Source: a gamma proteobacterium SCGC AAA076-P13
GTDB taxonomy: Bacteria > Pseudomonadota > Gammaproteobacteria > Magnimaribacterales > D2472
Assembly (NCBI GenBank): GCA_000384935.1
Contig: ARRA01000002.1
Span: 191,700 to 255,699, forward strand
Reading direction: 5' to 3'
DNA length: 64,000 bases
The notes beneath the pieces were generated by a model, which saw only the letters and a list, made by a program, of their open reading frames with translations, did no database searches and was not told where the DNA came from. This document shows, in pieces, positions 1-8,832 of the stretch; the stretch's first letter is position 1; the number at the start of each line of letters is the position of its first letter. A program made the translations under genes and the position numbers.

Positions 1-83
1 TTTTTGATAAAAAAGAAAAAATATATAATTTTCCAGCATCTAAAGATGCGATTTTTGAATTTATAACCTCGCATAATAAATAG
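1..83 (+). CDS. 3' end of an upstream CDS (partial), possibly threonine synthase
   Basis: Open frame from nt 3 (FDKKEKIYNFPASKDAIFEFITSHNK*) ending TAG 81-83, 2 nt before the prfB ATG. It resembles ThrC C-termini but is too short to be sure. Confidence 0.4.
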   Translation, partial: FDKKEKIYNFPASKDAIFEFITSHNK

Positions 84-85
84 AA

Positions 86-1183
86 ATGGATTCCATAGAA
101 TTAAAATCAAGTCTTAGTAATTTAAAAAATCGATTAAATGAAATAAGGGAAGGTATTTTTGATGTTTCATCTAAAGAGCAAAGACTTGATCAGATCGAGG
201 CTGATCTTGCAAAAGAAGAGGTGTGGTCTGATCTGGAGCTATCGCAAAAAATTAGTAAAGAAAAAACAGCAATAGAGAAATCACTTGTAAATTTTAAATC
301 TGTTGAAGAGAGAGTATCTGATGGTTTGGTTTTTCTTGAAATTGCAGAAAGTGAATCTGATGTGAGCTCAATAGAAGAAATAGCTAAGGATTATTTAGAG
401 CTTGAAGAGGCTGTTTCCAGTTTAGAATTCAGTAGAATGTTTACTAATAAAATGGATCCAGCATCAGCATATGTAGAAATACAGTCTGGTTCTGGAGGAA
501 CTGAAGCTCAAGATTGGGCGGAGATGTTATTAAGGATGTATTCCAAATGGGCAGAAAATAGAGGTTTTGATATTGATATAACAGAAATATCACATGGAGA
601 AATTGCAGGTATAAAGTCAGCCACTCTTCATGTCAGCGGCGATCACTCGTATGGTTGGCTCAGAACTGAAACCGGCATTCATAGGTTGGTAAGAAAATCA
701 CCATTTGATTCTGGCAGCAGGCGTCATACCTCTTTCGCATCTGTTTTTATATCACCCGAAGTTGATGATTCTATTGAAATTAATATCAATAACGCAGATA
801 TTAGAATTGATACCTATCGGGCTTCAGGAGCAGGGGGGCAACACGTTAATAAAACAGATTCGGCAGTCAGGCTCACTCACATACCATCTGGCGTTGTAAC
901 CCAGTGCCAAAGTGGAAGATCACAACATAAAAATAAAGAAAGTGCACTTAAACAATTAAAATCAAAGCTATACGAGTTAGAATTACAAAAACAAAATGAA
1001 GAGAGACAAACACTTGAGGAAAGTAAGTCAGACATAGGTTGGGGAAGCCAGATTCGCTCTTATGTTCTTGATCAGTCACGGATAAAAGATTTAAGAACGG
1101 GTTATGAGACGGGAAATACATCAGCAGTTCTTAATGGCGATCTTGATGAGTTTATGAAAACAAGTTTAAAAGCAGGAGTTTAA
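86..1183 (+). CDS. prfB: Peptide chain release factor 2 (single frame, no programmed frameshift)
   Basis: SPF stop-recognition tripeptide (RKSPFD), GGQ motif (GAGGQHVNKTDSAVR), upstream of lysS. Confidence 0.98.
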   Translation: MDSIELKSSLSNLKNRLNEIREGIFDVSSKEQRLDQIEADLAKEEVWSDLELSQKISKEKTAIEKSLVNFKSVEERVSDGLVFLEIAESESDVSSIEEIAKDYLELEEAVSSLEFSRMFTNKMDPASAYVEIQSGSGGTEAQDWAEMLLRMYSKWAENRGFDIDITEISHGEIAGIKSATLHVSGDHSYGWLRTETGIHRLVRKSPFDSGSRRHTSFASVFISPEVDDSIEININNADIRIDTYRASGAGGQHVNKTDSAVRLTHIPSGVVTQCQSGRSQHKNKESALKQLKSKLYELELQKQNEERQTLEESKSDIGWGSQIRSYVLDQSRIKDLRTGYETGNTSAVLNGDLDEFMKTSLKAGV

Positions 1184-2617
1184 ATGTCAGAAGAAAATAT
1201 AGGTGGCGAAGAGGGAATCATCGAGGAAAGAAGAAAAAAGCTTGAAATCCTTAGAAATAATAAAAAAGCATATGTAAATAATTTTTTAAAAGAAAACTAT
1301 GCTTCAGATATTCATTCTCAAAATAGTTCTTTTACCAAAGAAGAGCTGGTAGAAAAAAACATAGAAAATATTTCAGTTGCTGGCAGAGTAGTTCTTATGC
1401 GAGTTATGGGTAATGCAAGTTTTGCAACAATAAGAGACTCTAGTGGAGATATCCAAATATATGTAAGTAAGAATACAGTTCCCTTAGAACTTTATGAAGA
1501 TTTCAAAACTTGGGATCTTGGCGATATTATCGGTGTGAAAGGTAAATTATTTAAAACACGAACCGATGAGTTAACCATCGAGGCTAATGATGTTATTTTA
1601 ATTACAAAGTCTATCAGACCTATGCCTGACAAATTTAAAGGCCTTTCAGATATCGAGACTAGATACAGGCAAAGATACTTAGATTTAATGAGTAATGAGG
1701 ATTCTAAAGAAATCTTTATTAATAGAACCAAGATTATTGAATCTGTAAGAAATTCTTTAAAAAATAGAGATTTTATTGAGGTGGAAACTCCGATGATGCA
1801 TCCAATCCCTGGCGGGGCTGTTGCAAGACCTTTTGTCACTAAACATAATGCATTAGACAGAGAATTATTTTTAAGAATAGCCCCAGAGTTATATTTAAAA
1901 AGGTTGCTTGTTGGTGGTTTTGAGCGCGTTTTTGAGATAAATAGAAGCTTTAGAAACGAAGGTCTTTCTACAAGACATAACCCAGAATTTACAATGCTGG
2001 AATACTATGAGGCTTTTACAACACTGGAAAAAACAATAGAGTTTACTGAAAATATTATTAAATCAGCTTCAGATGAAATCAATGATGGGCATAAAGTGAT
2101 GTGGGGTAATGATGAAATTGATTTGTCTAATTTTAGAAAATGTAACCTTTCAGATCTTGTCCTTGAAGAAAATAAAAACCTTAGCAAGGAAGATATAAAT
2201 AAGCTTGGAGGTAAAGAGCTTTTAGAGCTATTCGAGTCAACGGTCGAAGACAAGCTTATACAACCAACCTTTGTTATAGGTTACCCTGTTGAGGTTTCTC
2301 CATTATCAAGAAGAAATAATGAAAATCCAAACATAGCAGATAGATTTGAATTATTTATTGGTGGAAAAGAGATTGCCAATGGTTTTTGCGAGCTAAATGA
2401 CCCTGATGATCAGGCTGAGAGGTTTAAAGACCAAGTAAAAGCAAAAGATACAGGTGACAAAGAGGCTATGTCTTATGATGAAGATTACATTATTGCATTA
2501 GAGCATGGAATGCCACCTGCGGTTGGAGTAGGAATTGGCATAGACCGTCTTGTTATGATGATTACCAATCAAACATCAATAAGGGATGTTCTTTTATTTC
2601 CTCAGCTTAAGTCTTAA
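1184..2617 (+). CDS. lysS: Lysine--tRNA ligase, class II
   Basis: YRQRYLDL, LRIAPELYLKRL, FRNEG..RHNPEFTMLE and GIGIDRL motifs. Confidence 0.98.
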   Translation: MSEENIGGEEGIIEERRKKLEILRNNKKAYVNNFLKENYASDIHSQNSSFTKEELVEKNIENISVAGRVVLMRVMGNASFATIRDSSGDIQIYVSKNTVPLELYEDFKTWDLGDIIGVKGKLFKTRTDELTIEANDVILITKSIRPMPDKFKGLSDIETRYRQRYLDLMSNEDSKEIFINRTKIIESVRNSLKNRDFIEVETPMMHPIPGGAVARPFVTKHNALDRELFLRIAPELYLKRLLVGGFERVFEINRSFRNEGLSTRHNPEFTMLEYYEAFTTLEKTIEFTENIIKSASDEINDGHKVMWGNDEIDLSNFRKCNLSDLVLEENKNLSKEDINKLGGKELLELFESTVEDKLIQPTFVIGYPVEVSPLSRRNNENPNIADRFELFIGGKEIANGFCELNDPDDQAERFKDQVKAKDTGDKEAMSYDEDYIIALEHGMPPAVGVGIGIDRLVMMITNQTSIRDVLLFPQLKS

Positions 2618-2625
2618 ATATTAAA

Positions 2626-3840
2626 CTAATTTCCAGATGGTATATCTTTAAATGGTAAACCTTTATCTGCTCTTGGGTCTTGAGGAAGTCCTAAAACCCT
2701 CTCAGATATAATATTCTTAAGAATTTCATCTGTACCTCCGGCTATTCTTAAGCCAGGAGCTCCAAGCCAAGCATTTTGAAAACTTTGTATTTCATTATTT
2801 TCTGGTTTTAGCATTCCTGCCATATCTAAAGAGTCAATTCCAAAATTACCAATATCTTGAAGCTTATTAGCACTTACTATTTTGGTTATAGATGCTTCAG
2901 GGCCAGGTGTCTCACCTTTAGAAAGAGCAGACATTGTCCTTAATTTAGTATTTTTAAGACCATTAGCTTCACAATACCAATCAGCTATAGATTCTCTAGT
3001 AGCCCTATTATTAATTAGATATTCTCCAGAATCATCTTGTTTTTTAGCCCAATTAAATGCTTCTTTTACATCAGCACCATTAGCATCTCCAACTGCTAGT
3101 CTTTCATTCATTAGAGTTGTTATTGCTACTTTCCAACCATCTCCGATAGCTCCTAGTCTTTGAGAATCAGGTATTACAACGTCAGTAAAATACACTTCAT
3201 TAAAGCTAGAGCCTCCAGTTATTTGTTTTATTGGCTTGACCTCAATTCCTTGAGATTTCATATCAACAAAGAAAAAAGTCATACCTTTGTGTTTTTCAAG
3301 GTTTGGATCATGTCTCACAACCAAGATGCCGTAATCACAAAAATGAGCACCAGAAGTCCATACTTTTTGGCCATTTATTATCCAATTATCGCCATCTTGT
3401 GTAGCCTTGCTTCTTAGGCCTGCAACGTCAGACCCTGCAGATGGCTCTGAAAATAACTGACACCATATTTCAGTACCTTCAGCCATTGATGGTAAAAATC
3501 TTTCTTTTTGCTCATCAGTTGCATACTCCATCATTACTGGGCCACACATACCTAGCCCAATTTCAAATATACCTCTTGGTACATTAAATTTTGATTCTTC
3601 TTCTGCCCAAATAATTCTTTCTATTGGTGATGCAGCAATTCCTCCGTATTCTTTTGGCCAATGAAGCATTGCCCAACCTGCATCATATTTTTTCTTTTGC
3701 CACTGCTTGGCAACCTCTAAAAAATCTATATCAGAAAAACTTTCTCTACTGCTACTTGATTTTGGTTCTGCATTTTGTTCAAGCCATTCTCTGCAGGTTT
3801 TTCTAAATTGAGCTTGTTCTGTTGTGTCATTAAAATCCAT
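2626..3840 (-). CDS. Acyl-CoA dehydrogenase (probable catalytic subunit of a heteromeric ACAD pair)
   Basis: WCQLFSEPSAGSDVA, INGQKVWTS and GGTDEILKNIISERVLGLP motifs. Confidence 0.92.
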   Translation of the reverse strand: MDFNDTTEQAQFRKTCREWLEQNAEPKSSSSRESFSDIDFLEVAKQWQKKKYDAGWAMLHWPKEYGGIAASPIERIIWAEEESKFNVPRGIFEIGLGMCGPVMMEYATDEQKERFLPSMAEGTEIWCQLFSEPSAGSDVAGLRSKATQDGDNWIINGQKVWTSGAHFCDYGILVVRHDPNLEKHKGMTFFFVDMKSQGIEVKPIKQITGGSSFNEVYFTDVVIPDSQRLGAIGDGWKVAITTLMNERLAVGDANGADVKEAFNWAKKQDDSGEYLINNRATRESIADWYCEANGLKNTKLRTMSALSKGETPGPEASITKIVSANKLQDIGNFGIDSLDMAGMLKPENNEIQSFQNAWLGAPGLRIAGGTDEILKNIISERVLGLPQDPRADKGLPFKDIPSGN

Positions 3841-3850
3841 TTTTTACTTC

Positions 3851-4963
3851 CTAATATGTGTTTGATTTTTCTAAGCCGCTAACTAATTTTTCTTTCCAGT
3901 TCGATAGTGAGCCGATATTCACCGACAGAAGCTTAGACCTTTTGTAATACAGGTGACAGTCATACTCCCAAGTAAAACCATTTCCTCCGTGAGTTTGAAT
4001 ATTTTCTTTTGAGCAAAGTTGAAAAGCTTTGGTTGAACTTACTCTTGCAGTTGCTGATGCAACAGATAGATCTGATGAGTCTGTAGACAAAGCCCATGCT
4101 GCATAATATGAATTTGATTTAGCTAATGTTATAGCAACATACATATCAGCTAATTTGTGTTTAATTGCCTGAAAGGAGCCAATTTGTCTCCCAAATGCAT
4201 ATCTTTCTTTTGCATAACTTGTTGCCATATCTAATGAGGCTTGAGAGCCACCAATTTGTTCAAAACTAAATAAAACTGCTGCTTGGTCTAAAAGGTTCTC
4301 ATAAAAATCCCAGCCATTTGAATCATCGCCAATTAGTATGCTTGGAGTATTATTGTATTCAACTGAAAAATGACCTCTACTTTCATCTATCGTATCTTGA
4401 TGCTCAATAATTACTGAATCAGAAGAATGATCAACCAACCTTAAGCATATGCCTGAGGTAGAATTTGAAACAACTAGTGAATGTGTAGCTATTTCAGCAT
4501 CAGGAACAGCAATCTTCCTTCCAGTTAAAAGGTTATTATCAGTTAATGTTTTAATATTAGTTTTTGAAGGAGCAAAAAGATCCTCTGTTACCGCCAAGGT
4601 TCCAATAATATCTCCTGATATTAATCTTGGAAGAATGTCTTGTTTAACTTCTTCATCTGCATATTTAATAATTGCTTCTGTAAATAAATAAACTGAAGAT
4701 GAGAAGGGTACAGGAGCTAAGTATCTTCCGAGCTCTTCTGCCACAACACATAATTCAAGGTGACCCAAGCCTAATCCTCCATACTCCTCAGGTATTCTGA
4801 TGCCAGTCCATCCTAATTCAACTATCTTGTTCCATAATTCTTTGTCTATGCTCTGCTTATCCTCAAGAACTTTTCTACTCCTATTAAGAGAGCCTTCTTT
4901 TTCTAAAAACTTTCGCGCCTCACTTTGAAGGAATTTTTGGTCATCTGAGAAATCTAAATTCAT
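3851..4963 (-). CDS. Acyl-CoA dehydrogenase (short partner subunit)
   Basis: RYAFGRQIGSFQAIKHKLAD and IQTHGGNGFTWEYDCHLY; 10 bp from the neighbouring ACAD gene. Confidence 0.9.
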   Translation of the reverse strand: MNLDFSDDQKFLQSEARKFLEKEGSLNRSRKVLEDKQSIDKELWNKIVELGWTGIRIPEEYGGLGLGHLELCVVAEELGRYLAPVPFSSSVYLFTEAIIKYADEEVKQDILPRLISGDIIGTLAVTEDLFAPSKTNIKTLTDNNLLTGRKIAVPDAEIATHSLVVSNSTSGICLRLVDHSSDSVIIEHQDTIDESRGHFSVEYNNTPSILIGDDSNGWDFYENLLDQAAVLFSFEQIGGSQASLDMATSYAKERYAFGRQIGSFQAIKHKLADMYVAITLAKSNSYYAAWALSTDSSDLSVASATARVSSTKAFQLCSKENIQTHGGNGFTWEYDCHLYYKRSKLLSVNIGSLSNWKEKLVSGLEKSNTY

Positions 4964-5022
4964 ATTTATCTAAATAGTTAATGTAAAATATATTATAAAG
5001 TAGTTTTTTTAATAATTAATAC

Positions 5023-5673
5023 ATGAATCAAACAATGAAACCAAATAAATCATCGCCGGCATATTTAAAACAAAAGACATCAGGCGGTCTATTTGTAGGT
5101 TTTTTATATGTTTTAGTTTTTATGAGTATTCTAGCGTTAGGTATTTGGCAAAATATTGAATCTAAATCTAATAAAGAAACATTAAACTCTATTAACGAAA
5201 GACTAATCGTTATCGAAGAGCAAATAAATATTGCTGATGAGATTAACAATGATTCACTTACTGATATATCAGCATCCATCCAGTTTCTTGATAAAGAGGT
5301 AAGAAAACTTTGGGATCTGAGTAATAAAAGAAATAAAGTGAATATAACTAAATTAACAGAAACTACAAATAAAATTAATGGCTCTATAAAAAACATAGAA
5401 ATTTCTATAAAAGAAGCATCCAAAAAGATAGAATCTAATAAAGAAGATATCATGAGCACTTCAAAAGATTTATCAGATATTTTAAATACTAATTCAAAAA
5501 TTAATGATCTAGAAATAGCTTTAAGAGCGCTCGAAACACAAATGATTCTGATGGATGATTCAGTAAGAGCTTTAAATAATTATAAAACTCAACTAAATCA
5601 AACAATCTCTGAAATTCAAACTCAAATTTATTCTGCATCTCAAGAGGTATTAGAAATTGAAAACCAAGATTGA
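5023..5673 (+). CDS. Hypothetical membrane-anchored coiled-coil protein
   Basis: 216-aa ORF with one N-terminal TM helix followed by a heptad-rich region. Confidence 0.75.
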   Translation: MNQTMKPNKSSPAYLKQKTSGGLFVGFLYVLVFMSILALGIWQNIESKSNKETLNSINERLIVIEEQINIADEINNDSLTDISASIQFLDKEVRKLWDLSNKRNKVNITKLTETTNKINGSIKNIEISIKEASKKIESNKEDIMSTSKDLSDILNTNSKINDLEIALRALETQMILMDDSVRALNNYKTQLNQTISEIQTQIYSASQEVLEIENQD

Positions 5674-5704
5674 CAATAGTTTTAAATAATAGTTTTATAT
5701 ATTC

Positions 5705-5917
5705 ATGAACAAAACTTTACTTCAAGTTTTTTTACTGCTTGCCTTTATTCCACTAGCAATTTTAGTTGGTTATGGGGTGTTAGTGGTTGCTCCAATATTT
5801 TGTTGCTTTCTTGCAATAAATTCATATAAGTTCAAAAATTACAAAGAAATGTATATTTGGATGGGTGTTGGAGTTCTTTCATTTTTATTAGCTCTTTTCA
5901 TGCTGGGTGTTCTATGA
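5705..5917 (+). CDS. Small hypothetical membrane protein
   Basis: 70-aa hydrophobic ORF; its stop overlaps the next start (ATGA 5914-5917). Confidence 0.7.
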   Translation: MNKTLLQVFLLLAFIPLAILVGYGVLVVAPIFCCFLAINSYKFKNYKEMYIWMGVGVLSFLLALFMLGVL

Positions 5918-6300
5918 TTTTAAAGGGGATAATTTTTATCTTATCTATTGTTATGCTCTTGATAGGATTATTAAATGTTCTTACTCCAGGAGTAAATAAT
6001 ATTTTCATTCCTATTGAGATCAATGATCTAGATACGCGAATAATGGTTAGAAGCTTATCCGGCGTGCTTATTGGAATTGGGTATTTATCTATTAGATTTA
6101 TATTTTCTTCCTCAAGAGTCCAAATTGGAAATGTTTTGCTGTCCCTGTCAGTGTGCGCAGCATTTTCTAAAATTTTTAGCTTTATATACGATGGTTTTAC
6201 AACTTATTCAGTATCTGTTTTCTTTTTTGTAGTCTGTTATGGCATATGCTTATACTACCTTCAGAAAAAAAGAAAAAATCAGCTTGATTATAATCTGTAA
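5914..6300 (+). CDS. Four-TM membrane protein, DUF4345-like
   Basis: Start moved to ATG 5914 (ATGA coupling); four hydrophobic segments. Confidence 0.65.
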   Translation: MILKGIIFILSIVMLLIGLLNVLTPGVNNIFIPIEINDLDTRIMVRSLSGVLIGIGYLSIRFIFSSSRVQIGNVLLSLSVCAAFSKIFSFIYDGFTTYSVSVFFFVVCYGICLYYLQKKRKNQLDYNL

Positions 6301-6355
6301 TTACTAGCATCAAACCTCCCAAATAATTAAAATTATCTATATAATGCTTCCATCT

Positions 6356-6440
6356 GGGGATGTGGTGGAACTGGTAGACACGCTTGGCTTAGAACCAAGT
6401 GCCGCAAGGCGTGGGGGTTCGACTCCCTCCATCCCTACCA
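6356..6440 (+). tRNA. tRNA-Leu(TAG)
   Basis: GGGGATG/CATCCCT acceptor stem, anticodon loop CTTAGAA, long variable arm, GTTCGA T-loop, encoded CCA. Confidence 0.97.
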
Positions 6441-6512
6441 ATTAAGTAGATTGACTCTTTTGTTAAAAGCCCAAGAGACCTATAATCCGATAATCCACAT
6501 AATAATATTTAC

Positions 6513-7664
6513 ATGACATATTCAAATAAAGATGAATCTATAAATAATCACTTTTTAAATGAATCTGATGCAATAGAAAGGATTTTTAATCATATCGATA
6601 ATGGAACTACCGATCTTGGTGATACAACATGGAAAGAGCCAGTAAGTAATTATTATTCAAAAGATCGTTTTGATGCTGAAATTTCTTTACTAAGAAGATC
6701 TCCTATTCCTTATTGTCCCTCAGCAGGGTTACCTGAAAATGGAAGCTATATAGCCAGAAGGGCATCAGGAACACCCTTGTTAGTGGTTAGAGGTGAGGAT
6801 GGTATTGTTAGAGCCTTTATAAATGCATGCAAACATCGTGGCATGAAGGTTGCTGATGGAAGTGGGTGCAAAAAGAAAGCTTTTGTTTGTCCATATCATG
6901 CATGGGCTTATGGCTTAAATGGAAAGCTTAAAAACATTCCAGGCCAAGAGGCATTTCCAGATTTAGATACCAACGATTTGGGGCTTACAGAAATAAGCGC
7001 AATTGAAAAGGGTGGAATTGTATATGTAATGCAGGAAGGAAAGATAGAAAATCATATGTTAGAAAACGCTATTGATTTTTTTGACACTGAACAAAAAATG
7101 TTTAGTTATGGCGAGGTTGTCGATGAGGCTAACTGGAAACTATTAACAGAAACTCTTCTAGAGGGCTACCATATAAAATCTCTACATAAAGATACTTTTT
7201 ATCCTTTTGGTCTAGATAATATCAATCTTGTAGAGACATCTGGCTCCAACTCACGAGTTATTTTTCCTTTCAAAAGAATTGAAAAAATAAGGCATATAGA
7301 TCCAAATGAAAGAAAATTAAATGGTGTTGCTACTTCAGTATTCCATCTATTTCCTAATGCAAGTGTTTCTATTCTATCAAAGCATTCAAGCCTAACAATC
7401 ATGGAGCCTTTATCACCATCAAGTGTAAAAATAGTTAGTTATCTTATATATAACCCAAAATTAAATGGCAAAAATATATCCCTTGAAGAAGCAGAAAAGG
7501 ATGCTCAGTTTGTTAATGAGTCAGGTCAAAATGAAGACAGAGAGGCTGCTAGAGCAATACAAGAAACTGTCACAACTTCAGCTAATTCATATCTTACTTT
7601 TGGCTTTTTTGAAAAAGCAATTGTTAACTTTCATAAACATCTGGCCTTAAGCCTTGATAAATAG
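6513..7664 (+). CDS. Rieske non-heme iron oxygenase alpha subunit (ring-hydroxylating / choline monooxygenase-like)
   Basis: Rieske motif CKHRG...CPYHAW and mononuclear iron motif EGYHIKSLH. Confidence 0.9.
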   Translation: MTYSNKDESINNHFLNESDAIERIFNHIDNGTTDLGDTTWKEPVSNYYSKDRFDAEISLLRRSPIPYCPSAGLPENGSYIARRASGTPLLVVRGEDGIVRAFINACKHRGMKVADGSGCKKKAFVCPYHAWAYGLNGKLKNIPGQEAFPDLDTNDLGLTEISAIEKGGIVYVMQEGKIENHMLENAIDFFDTEQKMFSYGEVVDEANWKLLTETLLEGYHIKSLHKDTFYPFGLDNINLVETSGSNSRVIFPFKRIEKIRHIDPNERKLNGVATSVFHLFPNASVSILSKHSSLTIMEPLSPSSVKIVSYLIYNPKLNGKNISLEEAEKDAQFVNESGQNEDREAARAIQETVTTSANSYLTFGFFEKAIVNFHKHLALSLDK

Positions 7665-7677
7665 AGTCACTGACGAG

Positions 7678-7705
7678 TTTACAAACTATTATTTACATAT
7701 ATACT
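7678..7705 (+). promoter_or_regulatory. Putative sigma70 promoter of the arg leader/operon
   Basis: TTTACA (7678-7683), 16-nt spacer, TATACT (7700-7705); predicted TSS about 7712-7714. Confidence 0.55.
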
Positions 7706-7713
7706 AATTTGCA

Positions 7714-7758
7714 ATGAATAATTCAAATACACGATTAAGACGGGTTCCCGCTTTATAG
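7714..7758 (+). CDS. Putative arginine attenuator leader peptide MNNSNTRLRRVPAL
   Basis: ATG AAT AAT TCA AAT ACA CGA TTA AGA CGG GTT CCC GCT TTA TAG; three Arg codons within four codons, directly ahead of attenuator hairpins and an arg biosynthesis operon. Confidence 0.75.
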   Translation: MNNSNTRLRRVPAL

Positions 7759-7809
7759 CAGGGTCTTTTCTATTGTGAATTAGACCCAGCTTATGCTGGG
7801 TTTTTTTTT
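7747..7809 (+). promoter_or_regulatory. Transcription attenuator with mutually exclusive 1:2, 2:3 and 3:4 hairpins
   Basis: 1:2 CCCGCT(7747-52)/AGCAGGG(7757-63); 2:3 GGGTCT(7761-66)/AGACCC(7782-87); 3:4 ACCCAGC-TTAT-GCTGGGT followed by a T-tract. Confidence 0.75.
7784..7809 (+). terminator. Intrinsic terminator (attenuator 3:4) upstream of argF'
   Basis: ACCCAGC TTAT GCTGGGT hairpin with T9 at 7801-7809, ending 18 nt before the argF' ATG. Confidence 0.88.
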
Positions 7810-7827
7810 ATAAAAATAAAGGTAATT

Positions 7828-8829
7828 ATGAAAAATTTTATTTCTACACAGGATTGGTCAAAATCAGATCTTCAAGATATCTTAGATTATGCAAAAGATC
7901 TTAAAGTAAATAAGTTTCAGGATAATTTAAAAAATAAGTCTATTGCATTGATGTTTTTTAATCCATCTATGAGAACTAGGACTAGCTTTGAACTTGGCAT
8001 ACAGCAATTAGGTGGGCTTGCAGTAGTCCTTCATCCTGGAAAGGATGCTTGGCCAATTGAATTCAAGTTAAATGAAGTCATGGATACAGATTCAGAAGAA
8101 CATATTATAGAAGTTGCAAAAGTGCTCTCTGAATATTGTGATTTAATAGCAATAAGGGCATTTCCTAAATTTATTAATCTTGAAGAAGATTTATCAGATA
8201 ATGTTATTAACAGTTTTGCAAAGTATGCAACTGTTCCAGTAGTTAATATGGAAACTATTACTCATCCTTGCCAAGAGCTCGCTCATATTTTAACTATGCA
8301 AGAGCAGTTAGGTGATCTTTCTGGAAAAGATTACTTATTAACTTGGACATATCATCCAAAACCTTTAAATACAGCAGTGGCAAATTCATCTTTATTAATT
8401 GCAAGCAAGTTTGGCATGAACGTTAAGTTACTTTGCCCCACAGAAGATTATTTACTTCATGATACATATATGAATACAGCAATAGAAAACTGTAATGCTA
8501 ATGGTGCGTCATTCTCAATAACTCATGACATCAAAGAAGGTTATAAAAATGCTGACATTGTTTATGCTAAAAGTTGGGGCGCACTTAACTATTATGGACA
8601 TCCTGAGGATGAAAAATTAATAAGAGATAGATATAAGCATTTTATTGTTAATGAAGAAAAAATGGCAATGACTAACAATGCTAAATTCAGTCACTGTCTT
8701 CCCCTAAGGAGAAATATCAAAGCAACAGACGGAGTTATGGACTCTGATTATTGTGTTGCCATTCAAGAAGCAGGGAATAGAATGCATGTTCAAAAATCTT
8801 TACTATCAACTTTATTAAAGGATAAATAA
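7828..8829 (+). CDS. argF: N-acetylornithine carbamoyltransferase (AOTCase, ArgF')
   Basis: FNPSMRTRTS carbamoyl-phosphate motif, HCLPLRRNIK, TWTYHPKPL; MDTDSEEH carries Glu at the position that distinguishes acetyl- from succinyl-OTCase. Confidence 0.9.
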   Translation: MKNFISTQDWSKSDLQDILDYAKDLKVNKFQDNLKNKSIALMFFNPSMRTRTSFELGIQQLGGLAVVLHPGKDAWPIEFKLNEVMDTDSEEHIIEVAKVLSEYCDLIAIRAFPKFINLEEDLSDNVINSFAKYATVPVVNMETITHPCQELAHILTMQEQLGDLSGKDYLLTWTYHPKPLNTAVANSSLLIASKFGMNVKLLCPTEDYLLHDTYMNTAIENCNANGASFSITHDIKEGYKNADIVYAKSWGALNYYGHPEDEKLIRDRYKHFIVNEEKMAMTNNAKFSHCLPLRRNIKATDGVMDSDYCVAIQEAGNRMHVQKSLLSTLLKDK

Positions 8830-8832
8830 AAA

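Noticed and set aside
7715-7725. TGAAT-A-ATTCA palindrome resembling an ArgR ARG box
   Set aside because: The half-sites are 1 nt apart instead of the 4 nt of the TGAAT-N4-ATTCA consensus, there is no tandem second box, and it lies within the leader codons.
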